Virus record (IMG/VR): IMGVR_UViG_3300028177_000001
Span: 1 to 64,000 of that record
DNA: 64,000 nucleotides
Strand: one strand, 5' to 3'
The notes under the pieces: generated by a model
The model's database searches: none
Told to the model about the DNA's origin: nothing
Seen by the model: the letters and a program-made list of their open reading frames with translations, nothing else
Shown: positions 47,279 to 55,529 of the stretch, piece by piece
Layout: each line of letters begins with the position of its first letter
How positions within the stretch are numbered: position 1 is the stretch's first letter
Made by a program: the position numbers and the translations under genes

Positions 47279-47893
47279 TCAGGCCGGGTAGATCATGAGG
47301 GTTCCCGGGTCGTACCAGGAACCGTACAGGCCGTGCCTGTCCATGTACTTCTTGAGCTTGGGATCGAACTCGTCGGGGTAGCCGGACCGCTGGTAGTTGG
47401 CGAGCCCCTCCTCTCCGAAGGAAGTCCAGATGCCACCGTAGCCAGAGCCGAACGCTTCAGTGGTGTCGATCCGGGCTGATCGAGGGAACATCCGTCGAAG
47501 GGCGCTGATGTGCTTCTTCATGGACGAGGAAGCAGAGACGCTGCCCATACGAAACGTCTCCCTCTCGCGGTCGCCCGGAGTCCTCTTCCAAGGCTGGGCC
47601 TCGGAGTTCCAGGCCTGAATATCAAACCTGTACCTGCCCTCAAGCCAGGACCCGTCCCACCAGTCTACAGCCACGATCATTCCGGGCTCAGTGCGTTCTT
47701 CTTCCGAGTGGCCTGCCACGGGCTTGGTCAGTCTGGGGATGAGCTTGATGACCCGACCCTTGTAGTCGCCGCCGGCATCCCCGTCTACGTGGACAAACTG
47801 GCCGAGGCGGTAGCTCCTCGCAGGTCGAACCAAACGTCGGACGCTCTCCTTGGAGAGACCCTCTTCGGCCAGGATGTTGCGAAGCTTGCCCAT
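47279..47893 (-). CDS. tagged two-domain hypothetical protein (MGKLRNILAEEGL)
   Basis: TGATG overlap with the upstream gene. Confidence 0.7.
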   Translation of the reverse strand: MGKLRNILAEEGLSKESVRRLVRPARSYRLGQFVHVDGDAGGDYKGRVIKLIPRLTKPVAGHSEEERTEPGMIVAVDWWDGSWLEGRYRFDIQAWNSEAQPWKRTPGDRERETFRMGSVSASSSMKKHISALRRMFPRSARIDTTEAFGSGYGGIWTSFGEEGLANYQRSGYPDEFDPKLKKYMDRHGLYGSWYDPGTLMIYPA

Positions 47894-48675
47894 CAGATGT
47901 TGCATTCCTTCGTCTGGCGGTCGATGTACCGCTTGAGGGTCATCAGCTCCTTCCGGGTCCGGGCGGGATCCAGGACCAAGCGCGGGTTCTTCTCCATCCG
48001 TTGGAGTGGGGCACGCAGGTGCTTGCGGACTTCCTTGGCCATGCTGCTGTTGGGCAAAGCATCAACGATAGAGAAGAGGTCAGCGAGGGTTCCCCGCAGA
48101 CCGGGGGCGTCCTCCTGATCGAGTTCTATCATGGCCTCCAAGAGTCCCTTAGAGATCTCCCTCAGCTGCGGCACACACTTGGTGATCCCCTGGGTGCCCC
48201 AGCCGAAGCCGACGGTCCGATCCAAACCCACAGGATACTGACCGAGAGGGCGAGTCTTCATTGCGTCCTTGTAGCCCCGTGAGCGAACCCGCTTCGCAAG
48301 TTCCATGTCCAGAAGCCGCTGGGCGACATTCTCTTCGAGGTCGAACTTGTCAAACCGTGCGCCGTCCACGCGACGACGATCAGGACCGTCGTCGGTCAGA
48401 GCACCCCAGCGGCGCTGGTAGCTCCAGAGACCGTCCGGCTGCTCGGTGATCAACCCCTCGTAGAACTTGCTGTTGTTCTTGGCCGCGTCGATCTTGTAGG
48501 TCATGAACCCACGCTTCTCGCGGAGGTCCTTCGGGGTGACCAGGACTGGACGGTGCGCCGTCTTCACCCGCTTCAACCCGGCGAGAATCGCACGGCGTTC
48601 GGTCGAACCCTTCGGCAGCGTCGACGCAATCCGGATCAGGTTTGAGCAGTCGGAAGCAGTGAGGGTGCGAGGCAT
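47893..48675 (-). CDS. tagged protein with WGR-like domain
   Basis: N-terminal ASDCSNLIRIASTLPKGSTERRAILAGLK; NSKFYEG...QRRWGA resembles WGR; AGGAG RBS; motif variant at 48702-48716. Confidence 0.7.
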   Translation of the reverse strand: MPRTLTASDCSNLIRIASTLPKGSTERRAILAGLKRVKTAHRPVLVTPKDLREKRGFMTYKIDAAKNNSKFYEGLITEQPDGLWSYQRRWGALTDDGPDRRRVDGARFDKFDLEENVAQRLLDMELAKRVRSRGYKDAMKTRPLGQYPVGLDRTVGFGWGTQGITKCVPQLREISKGLLEAMIELDQEDAPGLRGTLADLFSIVDALPNSSMAKEVRKHLRAPLQRMEKNPRLVLDPARTRKELMTLKRYIDRQTKECNI

Positions 48676-48724
48676 GAGATTCTCCTATGTAGGGGAACCT
48701 GGGATATACTCTCTACCGGGACCC

Positions 48725-48937
48725 TCACCCCAGCGACATGACCCATTCCTCCCAGCGCTTCAATGCGAGGAGGTCCGTGGCGTCGGGCGGTCGGCCGAGG
48801 GTGATCTCGCCGACCCTGCGTGTGACCTCGCCGACCGGGAGTTCATACTCCCGAACGAGACCGTCCCACTTCCGACCCGGCGTGCGGGAAAGACACCCAC
48901 GCACCCGACTGACGAAGTTGGCGGTGCCGTCAGCCAT
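48725..48937 (-). CDS. small hypothetical protein
   Basis: Start overlaps the upstream stop (ATGGCTGA). Confidence 0.45.
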   Translation of the reverse strand: MADGTANFVSRVRGCLSRTPGRKWDGLVREYELPVGEVTRRVGEITLGRPPDATDLLALKRWEEWVMSLG

Positions 48938-49289
48938 TCCGCTTCTTGTCTCGCTGGTCCTCGAGGATCTTCTCGAAGGACTTGATGCCGACGAGATGGA
49001 TTCCCAGGGACTCTGCGTAGTTCTGGAGCATGTAGGGATGCCACGTGCCCCCGTCCAAGCGCAGACGCCGTGAGTCCAGAGCGGAGCGGTCGTCTTGCTC
49101 GTCCAGAACCACCGGGGGGAAGACGAAGATGATCTGGTTCAGCCCCTTGGAGATGAACAGGTACGCCTCTCCCTTCTTCAGGTCGCCGGGGAAGTGGCCC
49201 TCCTTCTTGTAGAGGTCCAGGTTGGTGGCTTCGCTCCTCTGGAAGGAGCAGACAACAATGCCCTTCAGACGAAGTCTGGTATCGCTCAT
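48930..49289 (-). CDS. hypothetical protein with distant resemblance to IS66 accessory TnpB (Orf2)
   Basis: SFQRSEATNL / GEAYLFISKGLNQIIFV / RRLRLDGGTWHP parallel the recalled IS66 Orf2 blocks. Confidence 0.45.
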   Translation of the reverse strand: MSDTRLRLKGIVVCSFQRSEATNLDLYKKEGHFPGDLKKGEAYLFISKGLNQIIFVFPPVVLDEQDDRSALDSRRLRLDGGTWHPYMLQNYAESLGIHLVGIKSFEKILEDQRDKKRNG

Positions 49290-49837
49290 GAAAGATCTCC
49301 GATGTCAAGCTCGTGGAGGACGAGCACAGACAGCTTGCCCTCCGCTGTGAGTGTGAGGGACTGCGCCCCGACCCGGTGCATCCAGGCCTGGGCAGTCTTG
49401 AAGGACTCCAGACTGCCGTTGGGCTCGACCGAAGGCACCACAGGGTCCACGGGGGCCGGAAGGAAGCTCGGCTCTTCCTCTACAACTTCTGTGGGCAGAG
49501 CGATCTCCGTAATGGGGTTGTCGTTCGGAACAGCCTTGTGCTCCTCCAGCCACCGCGTCATCGTTCGGTAGCTGGGTGCGCGACCCAGCTTGGCCCGGCA
49601 AGCCTGCTGAACCGCGTGCCGAGTCATCCCCTCGACCAGGAGAAGCTTCCGGGCGTAGTCGTACACCTCAGAGCGAGGAACGACCACAGCCGTCTCGGCG
49701 CGCAGGCCCTGGCGCATCTTGGCCAGAAGAGAGGTTGAGATTCCCTTCCCGAACTCGGTCTTGACCGCATCCAGGATGGAGATGTTGGTCTTCCCCTGGC
49801 GAAGTAGATCCAATGCGAAGTCGTTTTTCTCGGACAC
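49286..49837 (-). CDS. putative tandem-HTH DNA-binding protein
   Basis: Two HTH-like segments (ILDAVKTEFGKGISTSLL; VQQACRAKLGRAPSYRTMTRWL); GGAGG RBS. Confidence 0.6.
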   Translation of the reverse strand: MSEKNDFALDLLRQGKTNISILDAVKTEFGKGISTSLLAKMRQGLRAETAVVVPRSEVYDYARKLLLVEGMTRHAVQQACRAKLGRAPSYRTMTRWLEEHKAVPNDNPITEIALPTEVVEEEPSFLPAPVDPVVPSVEPNGSLESFKTAQAWMHRVGAQSLTLTAEGKLSVLVLHELDIGDLS

Positions 49838-49899
49838 AAACCCTCCAGGTCTGGGAAGAGTTACCGCTGAACCCCTTGCGCAGCCCCCTACACGCGGGG

Positions 49900-50457
49900 T
49901 TAGGTCGCGGAGAGGTTGAGGAGGGTCCGTTTTCTCCCAGACACCTCGAACAACTTACACCCCTCGGCCTCCCAGGAGGAATGAGAGAACACTGCGTAAA
50001 AGTCCCTGGTGTCAAAGCTGAACTGAACTCGGTCCTGGCATACCATGCGGGCGCTCTTGCCTTCGACACTGATGCGACCGATCTTCCAGGCGATCATGAT
50101 TGCCGCTTCGCCGGTGAGCCTCTTGAGAACCCACTCCCCCGCCAGGGATGCTTCCTCTTCGCCGACTGATGTTATGAGGTTGTCCACTACGTCGTCGTCA
50201 AGGTCAATGTGGCTGATCCTCAGGTCCTGGCCGACCGTGCCCCTCATCTTCATGATGGATGAGTAGAACTCGCCTTGCCCTCGGGCCAGAGCCAGACAGA
50301 TCTTGCCAACTCCCAGACCGAGAGCCCCCTCGAGAGCCAGCACGTCCTGGCCGAATGTCTCGTAGCATTCAACCAGGCCCGCCTTGTAGGCCCGCAAGTA
50401 CAGCATGGCCTCTCGACGGGTTCGAAAGATCTGGGAGTCGGGGACAAGCATTTTCAT
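49900..50457 (-). CDS. hypothetical protein
   Basis: 185-aa ORF. Confidence 0.6.
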   Translation of the reverse strand: MKMLVPDSQIFRTRREAMLYLRAYKAGLVECYETFGQDVLALEGALGLGVGKICLALARGQGEFYSSIMKMRGTVGQDLRISHIDLDDDVVDNLITSVGEEEASLAGEWVLKRLTGEAAIMIAWKIGRISVEGKSARMVCQDRVQFSFDTRDFYAVFSHSSWEAEGCKLFEVSGRKRTLLNLSAT

Positions 50458-50589
50458 AGGCAGAGGGATACCGCTCGCATTTCCAGACGAGGCTCCCGGA
50501 GCTACAACCTGGCGGAGATTCCACCTGCAGGGTAGAGGAAGCTGGCGAGGGGTAAGCTCTTACAGAGGAACTCAAACCCCGAGGATGCT

Positions 50590-50853
50590 GTGACCCAAGA
50601 GCTGATGCCGGTCCCTGACCTGGTCCGTGAGATTGTGAAGAACCTTGTGGACTTCCCGGACGAGGTACACGTAGAAGTCACCGCGTCGGAGCGGACTTCG
50701 ATCCTGGAGATCTGCGTGAACCCTCGGGATGTAGGAAAGGTCCTCGGCAAGCGGGGGGTCAACATCACCGCCATCCGCCAGCTGGCACACGCTGCGGGCG
50801 GGCGAGAGAAGGTCCGGTATGTCGTCGATGTCCACGAACCGGAGCGCTACTGA
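50590..50853 (+). CDS. khpA: KH-domain RNA-binding protein (KhpA/YlqC family)
   Basis: IVKNLVDFPDEVHV...VNPRDVGKVLGKRGVNITAIRQL; GKxG loop; 87 aa; GAGGA RBS. Confidence 0.85.
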   Translation: MTQELMPVPDLVREIVKNLVDFPDEVHVEVTASERTSILEICVNPRDVGKVLGKRGVNITAIRQLAHAAGGREKVRYVVDVHEPERY

Positions 50854-50862
50854 GAGCTCCGA

Positions 50863-51135
50863 TTAGAACAGCCGACGGAACTCAGGAGGGAGCCGTCCGC
50901 GTCCAAGATCCCGCTCTACGTCATCGCGGAAATCCTGTGCTTCTGCCTCTACGTCATGCATAACAGGAACCTTGAGTTCTTCCTGTACACCGCCACCCTC
51001 AGCGTCCCAAAGCTCCAGGATGACCGTCATTCCACGCTGGGTCTCCTCAATCCGTAGGACGGCCGAGATGAACTCGGTTCCGTTCAAAGTCTCCGAGGGG
51101 ACGTCGAGACCCTTCCCCGGCCATAGCCGCCCCAC
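50863..51135 (-). CDS. small hypothetical protein (start uncertain, possibly 51030)
   Basis: Acidic ORF; a late-type motif at 51123-51137 overlaps the predicted GTG, so the real start is probably downstream. Confidence 0.45.
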   Translation of the reverse strand: MGRLWPGKGLDVPSETLNGTEFISAVLRIEETQRGMTVILELWDAEGGGVQEELKVPVMHDVEAEAQDFRDDVERDLGRGRLPPEFRRLF

Positions 51136-51271
51136 CGGGTCAGGGGATAGCCGCAGATCTCAGGGGCATCTCCGAGATGAACTCTGAGGTGAGGGCTTCC
51201 ATGAGGGGAACTCCAAGCAGGGCTCTACTGGAGTACCCGAAGCCTCGGACCACTTTGACCTCGTTGGTCTC

Positions 51272-51718
51272 TCACCCGGAAAACATCGTTCCGGTGAACC
51301 ACCACCCAGCCTTCCCAGCCTCCTGCTCGAAGTACCGTTGGATCTGGGTGTGGAGCTTGGCCGGGGAGCTGTCCTTTTTCACGAAAGCTGCGAGTTGATT
51401 CAGAAACAGTTTTCCGGGGTCAACTTGGTCCCCCTTGTAGTGGAAGGTGGGTAGACTCGAGGCAGGCCAACCTGACAAACGGACCTTCACCCTTGCACCG
51501 TTCGACATACCCTTTTCGGTAAGAACCGCCTTGTCGTCTCCTACGCCCTTGGGACCCTTCTTGACAAGAGTCAACCTACCTCCCGAGAGAGTGATTGCAT
51601 CCGCCCGAGAGGACTTCAGGCCCGCCAGGATGGCCTTGCGCTCGTCCGAGCCCTTCTCCAGGGAGTGGGCCAGCTTGATGAGGGAAGAGCGATCAGAAGC
51701 CGTGAGAGACTTGGGCAT
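51272..51718 (-). CDS. tagged hypothetical protein (ASDRSSLIKLAHSLEKGSDERKAILAGLK)
   Basis: GGAG RBS; preceded by the tandem promoter array. Confidence 0.75.
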   Translation of the reverse strand: MPKSLTASDRSSLIKLAHSLEKGSDERKAILAGLKSSRADAITLSGGRLTLVKKGPKGVGDDKAVLTEKGMSNGARVKVRLSGWPASSLPTFHYKGDQVDPGKLFLNQLAAFVKKDSSPAKLHTQIQRYFEQEAGKAGWWFTGTMFSG

Positions 51719-51743
51719 GATGCGGAGACTCCGTAGAAGGTAG

Positions 51744-51814
51744 GTAGCTCTACCGTGAGATAGTAGCTCTACCGTGGGATAGTAGCTCTACCGTGAGATA
51801 GTAGCTCTACCGTG
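51744..51814. repeat. 19-bp tandem repeat x4 (GTAGCTCTACCGTG-RGATA) = tandem late-promoter motifs
   Basis: Cores at 51744, 51763, 51782 and 51801; on the minus strand three read CGGTAG-AGCTA-CTAT. Confidence 0.9.
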
Positions 51815-52133
51815 CCTGGCGCTTGCTCTTCCTCTCGCGGTAGTCGGCGGGCTTCCGTCGTACGTCATCGTGGCAATCCCAGCCCTGAGGCCCCGTGCGG
51901 ACGTACTTCCCGTCGCACTGGATAGCCCGAGAGCCGTAGGCTTCCTCTACCGTGAGGCGAGACCACAACTTCGAGGTCTTCTTCGGAAAGTTCCCCTTCC
52001 ACGGCCACTGAACCATAGGCTCGCGGCAAGAAGGGCACACAGGCTCGCGAGACTCGAGCTTCGGAACACGTGCCCCGAGCCTACAGTCGATGCAGGCGTA
52101 CTGGACACGGATGATTTCTGTGGCGAGTCCCAT
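51807..52133 (-). CDS. zinc-finger hypothetical protein
   Basis: CIDC...CPSC; stop codon lies in the first repeat unit. Confidence 0.65.
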   Translation of the reverse strand: MGLATEIIRVQYACIDCRLGARVPKLESREPVCPSCREPMVQWPWKGNFPKKTSKLWSRLTVEEAYGSRAIQCDGKYVRTGPQGWDCHDDVRRKPADYRERKSKRQAR

Positions 52134-52163
52134 GTAGAGACTCTACCCGTCGAACCTACCGCT

Positions 52164-52781
52164 CTACGGGAGAGGCGTGTTGGTTCTCTCGGCCATCTGT
52201 GTGAGGTCACCGATAATCTCGGTGACCATACTCCCGACCATATCCCCCACATGGTTGGACGGCAGGAGCTTCTCAAACCCGTGCAGCTTCCGCGCCTTGT
52301 CGATAGTCACGTGCACTCGTAGTCCCAGGTCCTGGATAAAAGCCTGAGACTTCGGGGGGAGCTTCCAGAAATCTCGACCCCAGTCGTTGTGTGCAGAATT
52401 CTTCAGGCCAGCCAAGATGGCCTTCCTCTCCTCGCTGCCCTTCTCCAGGGAGGAGGCCAGTCGGATCAAAGCCGAGCGATCAGAAGCGGCCAGGCGGGCG
52501 AAGCCTCCAGGCTTCCATGCGTCCGCGACGGGGTACTTCTTGCGAGGGTCGTAGAGCTCGATGGTGGTCACCGGACCGACCGAGACCCCCTTGCCAGAGA
52601 CCAGCTTCTGCGCTTCCCGAGGGTCCAGGTAGGTCTTCCCCCGTGTACCCATGGAAAGGTCCTCGTTCACCGGGAGTTCGAGCTTCCAGCTACGCTGGTG
52701 CTCACCCATGCCAATGATGGGCTGGTAGATAGAAACTACGGTGACGGTTTCGCCGGGGGCCAGCTGGATCTTGGGGGGCAT
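52164..52781 (-). CDS. two-domain protein with internal tag (ASDRSALIRLASSLEKGSEERKAILAGLK)
   Basis: GAGGA RBS; late motif at 52809-52823. Confidence 0.75.
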   Translation of the reverse strand: MPPKIQLAPGETVTVVSIYQPIIGMGEHQRSWKLELPVNEDLSMGTRGKTYLDPREAQKLVSGKGVSVGPVTTIELYDPRKKYPVADAWKPGGFARLAASDRSALIRLASSLEKGSEERKAILAGLKNSAHNDWGRDFWKLPPKSQAFIQDLGLRVHVTIDKARKLHGFEKLLPSNHVGDMVGSMVTEIIGDLTQMAERTNTPLP

Positions 52782-52808
52782 AGTGTCCTCTTATACACTA
52801 AGACCCAC

Positions 52809-52823
52809 ATAGTAAACCTACCG
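52809..52823 (-). promoter_or_regulatory. putative late promoter CGGTAG-N5-CTAT
   Basis: Exact consensus match. Confidence 0.6.
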
Positions 52824-52878
52824 CGTCGACCGCTAACTATGACTTTCTAAGGAACTCCCTCCCCGGCCGAAAGCCTGG

Positions 52879-53520
52879 TTAGAAGGTAATCCTCCAGGTA
52901 ATCGAGAGCCTTGCGGTCGCAGGCTTCGAGATCACGCTGAAAGTCAAGTAGTTGACAGCGATGTCGTACAGCGTCAGGTCCCGCGTCACGTCCCTTGTAG
53001 GGTACGTGTCCGGGTTGTCGTTCTTCACCAACGGGTTCGACGAGATCGTAGAGAGGATCGCCATCTCGTTCAAAGGACCGACCGCCTCGGCCTCATCGTA
53101 GGTCACGGTCCAGTCGATGATGTTCGTCGGAATGGCCACCGCGTTGCCGCTGGCGTCTCTGTAGGTCGAGGAGGCCCACACCTTCCGCTCGATCTCGGCG
53201 TTCAGCTTTCGCTGGGACGTGCTGGGGGCGTCCGGGGAGAGCAACGCTCCCGTGGCCCCTGTGCCCACTGCGAGCATGTTCGCCCCGTTCCTGGACGTAG
53301 GGGCGCTGAACAAAATAGCCGCCAGGACACCGGCATCGAGAGTGATCACATTGGGTACGTGACGCTCTTCCAGAACCTCGCCGGTCTTTCCGTCTGTGAG
53401 GGTGAGGAAGACCTCACCCTTTGCGTCCTTCAGCCGAGCCGTGTCCGGAAAGGTGAGGTCCATTCCCATGCGTGCACTCTCCCCCGGACGATTGAATCGG
53501 TCACTGTTGCGTGCAGACAT
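52879..53520 (-). CDS. tail/baseplate-associated structural protein (tail-fibre N-terminal-like fold)
   Basis: NVIT...LAVGTG...LNAEIERK...EAVGPLNEMAI...LSITWRITF pattern common in phage tail proteins; GGAGA RBS. Confidence 0.6.
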   Translation of the reverse strand: MSARNSDRFNRPGESARMGMDLTFPDTARLKDAKGEVFLTLTDGKTGEVLEERHVPNVITLDAGVLAAILFSAPTSRNGANMLAVGTGATGALLSPDAPSTSQRKLNAEIERKVWASSTYRDASGNAVAIPTNIIDWTVTYDEAEAVGPLNEMAILSTISSNPLVKNDNPDTYPTRDVTRDLTLYDIAVNYLTFSVISKPATARLSITWRITF

Positions 53521-53547
53521 CGGTATCTCCGGAACTGGTGCAGGACG

Positions 53548-53562
53548 ATAGCGACACTACCG
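53548..53562 (-). promoter_or_regulatory. putative late promoter CGGTAG-N5-CTAT
   Basis: Exact consensus match. Confidence 0.6.
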
Positions 53563-53576
53563 TCCGTCCGAGGAAC

Positions 53577-54707
53577 CTACGCCAGCGCGTCCAGGAAGCC
53601 CTGGGCAATCCTCTTGACGGCGTCGCTGGGCTCCTGAGGCAAGATCGCCTTGAGTGCAGCGGCGTTGCCCTGGTACTGCTTCAGGTTCTTGCTGCGGACC
53701 TTCCAGTGAAGGGAAGAGTCCCAGATGATCTCGCCGTTGGAGGAATCCTCCGTGAGGGCCTGCTCTGCGCGCACGTTGGCCTCAGCCAGAGGACGAAGCA
53801 CGTCGATCTTGCGGAGAACCACTCGCAGGAGCACCTTGACATCGGCCAGGGTCACCGGCTGGTCGTCCCAGGACTGCCCTGTAGCCGACCAGGTGCGCAG
53901 TGCCGCCTCGGGATCCTTGGGCGCTGCCCGATGCTTCGACGCTCCGATCTTCGCGATCTCCGTCCCGGACTCCGCGCCGCCGACCGAAGAAGCTCCGCGT
54001 CCGACCTCTACGTCCTCATCTTTGAAGAGGCCTGGGGCGGGCACTCCGGCGGAAGCCGCGTCGGGAAGCAGGTCTTCCAGGATCTCTCCGGTCCGGGCTT
54101 CTTGCACATCGCCAGTTGCGCGAGCGACCTTCTCCACACCCACTGCAGAACCGTTGTCCAGCTGGTTGCGGATCTTGTCGTCGCCCTTGCCGATCTCCAC
54201 TGGGTCTGCACTCGCGGAAAGCTTCATGCGGCCGACGACCACCCCGTCGTCAGAGTTGCGGACCTCCAGCTTCCTCTTCAGGGGCGCGGGATCCGAAGTC
54301 TCGCTGAGTGTTCCAGCCTTCCCAGCCACGTGTGTGGCAGGAGCTCCGTCAGGACGAACCTGGGAGATGGACCCCAGGTTCCGCTCTTCGTCAGCCACGG
54401 TCATCATACCGAGACGCTCACGCTTCTCACCAGAAGCCAGAGCCTGGCGCACCTCCACCCCAGCGGCCTTGGGCGTAAAGGAGGTCTCGGCAGACTCCAC
54501 GGGGACGATCCACCCCACCTTGAGGGCTCCCCGAATGCCGTCTGGCTGGGGAACGGTCAACACTTCCCCGTTCTCGCGGGTCAGGGTGTTCCCCTCAAAC
54601 CCGACTACCTCGTTGATGTTCAACTGCGTCGGGGGCTCAATGCCTCCCAGGTGGATGAGACGAAGAACGCGGTACTGGTTTTCAGGCATGTGTGCTCCGG
54701 ATTTCAA
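53577..54707 (-). CDS. hypothetical protein
   Basis: 376-aa ORF; start could be 54689 (MPENQ, GGAG RBS). Confidence 0.7.
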   Translation of the reverse strand: MKSGAHMPENQYRVLRLIHLGGIEPPTQLNINEVVGFEGNTLTRENGEVLTVPQPDGIRGALKVGWIVPVESAETSFTPKAAGVEVRQALASGEKRERLGMMTVADEERNLGSISQVRPDGAPATHVAGKAGTLSETSDPAPLKRKLEVRNSDDGVVVGRMKLSASADPVEIGKGDDKIRNQLDNGSAVGVEKVARATGDVQEARTGEILEDLLPDAASAGVPAPGLFKDEDVEVGRGASSVGGAESGTEIAKIGASKHRAAPKDPEAALRTWSATGQSWDDQPVTLADVKVLLRVVLRKIDVLRPLAEANVRAEQALTEDSSNGEIIWDSSLHWKVRSKNLKQYQGNAAALKAILPQEPSDAVKRIAQGFLDALA

Positions 54708-55036
54708 CTTACCCCCGAGACGGGCGGCATTATGAACAGCACGGCGGGCTCTCCCTCTTGGGGAGCCCTGGCGTTGCCGATTTTGTGCTGGATGGTCGCA
54801 AGGAAGTCGCGATGTACTCGTACCCTTGATACTACCCGTGCGCAGTTATCCGCCGCCGAGTACAGGCAGAAGTCGAGCAAGACCTCGGCTCCGTCTGAGG
54901 TCAGACGGATGGCATTCGCGAAAGTCCCGAACACGTCCTGGGGGTCTTCTACTGGGCATGCTACATCTTGGAAAGCTACTGACACCTTATTGCTCCAGTC
55001 TCTGCATGACCGCGTCGAACAGATAGCAGAACGCAC
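54704..55036 (-). CDS. DUF3467-like protein
   Basis: FANAIRLTSDGAEVLLDF...VVSRVRV pattern; start uncertain. Confidence 0.55.
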   Translation of the reverse strand: MRSAICSTRSCRDWSNKVSVAFQDVACPVEDPQDVFGTFANAIRLTSDGAEVLLDFCLYSAADNCARVVSRVRVHRDFLATIQHKIGNARAPQEGEPAVLFIMPPVSGVS

Positions 55037-55295
55037 TCGAAGCGAAGCCGAACAGGACTACCCCGTACACCCCGCTTACCACAGGGGCGGCTCCGAAGAG
55101 CACCCCGAAGGCGTAGATAACCCACCCTGTATGGAACCCCGTACAGTAGGAACAACCGAACATTCTCTGGAAGAAGTTGCCCTGCTCTTCCCGACCGAAC
55201 GGCAGCTTGTAGAGGGCGCGGTTCAACACCGGGAGCTTCTCGTTCATCAGACCGAAGCATGCACCGTAAGATGCCAATAGCAGGTAGAGGGTCAC
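54987..55295 (-). CDS. DUF1360-like small membrane protein
   Basis: Hydrophobic helices with CSYCTGFH (CxxC) motif. Confidence 0.6.
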   Translation of the reverse strand: MTLYLLLASYGACFGLMNEKLPVLNRALYKLPFGREEQGNFFQRMFGCSYCTGFHTGWVIYAFGVLFGAAPVVSGVYGVVLFGFASSAFCYLFDAVMQRLEQ

Positions 55296-55337
55296 ATCCT
55301 CTACCTACCCTCGGGGTAGACTTCAACAGGAGGCTAA

Positions 55338-55529
55338 ATGGCATTCACCAAGACGAGTATCGCAGTGGTTCCCCCAGTGGTGGTTGAGGGTGTGCCTAAG
55401 CCTTCTCAGCCCCAGGTTTCCGACGCGCCCTTGAAAACGGAGCGGGAGGTCGGAGAGGAACGAGACGGGCGGTTCTGGGACGGCGAGAAGTGGGTCACTC
55501 GCGAAGAGTGGCTGAAGACTCAGGACTAA
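55338..55529 (+). CDS. small hypothetical protein
   Basis: AGGAGG RBS; FWDGEKWV motif. Confidence 0.6.
   Translation: MAFTKTSIAVVPPVVVEGVPKPSQPQVSDAPLKTEREVGEERDGRFWDGEKWVTREEWLKTQD

Noticed and set aside
51140-51271. 43-codon open frame after the TGA of 51272..51718 (read-through or gene remnant)
   Set aside because: An open stretch this long is common at this GC content, and it has no start or RBS support.
51744-51814. Possible mini-CRISPR array
   Set aside because: The intervening 5-nt segments are almost identical (AGATA/GGATA), the period is only 19 nt and no cas genes are present. It is better explained as tandem promoter motifs.
53511-55280. Long antisense ORFs such as 53511..55280+, 42529..44733-, 5137..6729+ and 9963..11414+
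   Set aside because: They are shadow frames of GC-rich real genes on the opposite strand, with R/G/P-biased composition and no RBS or motifs.
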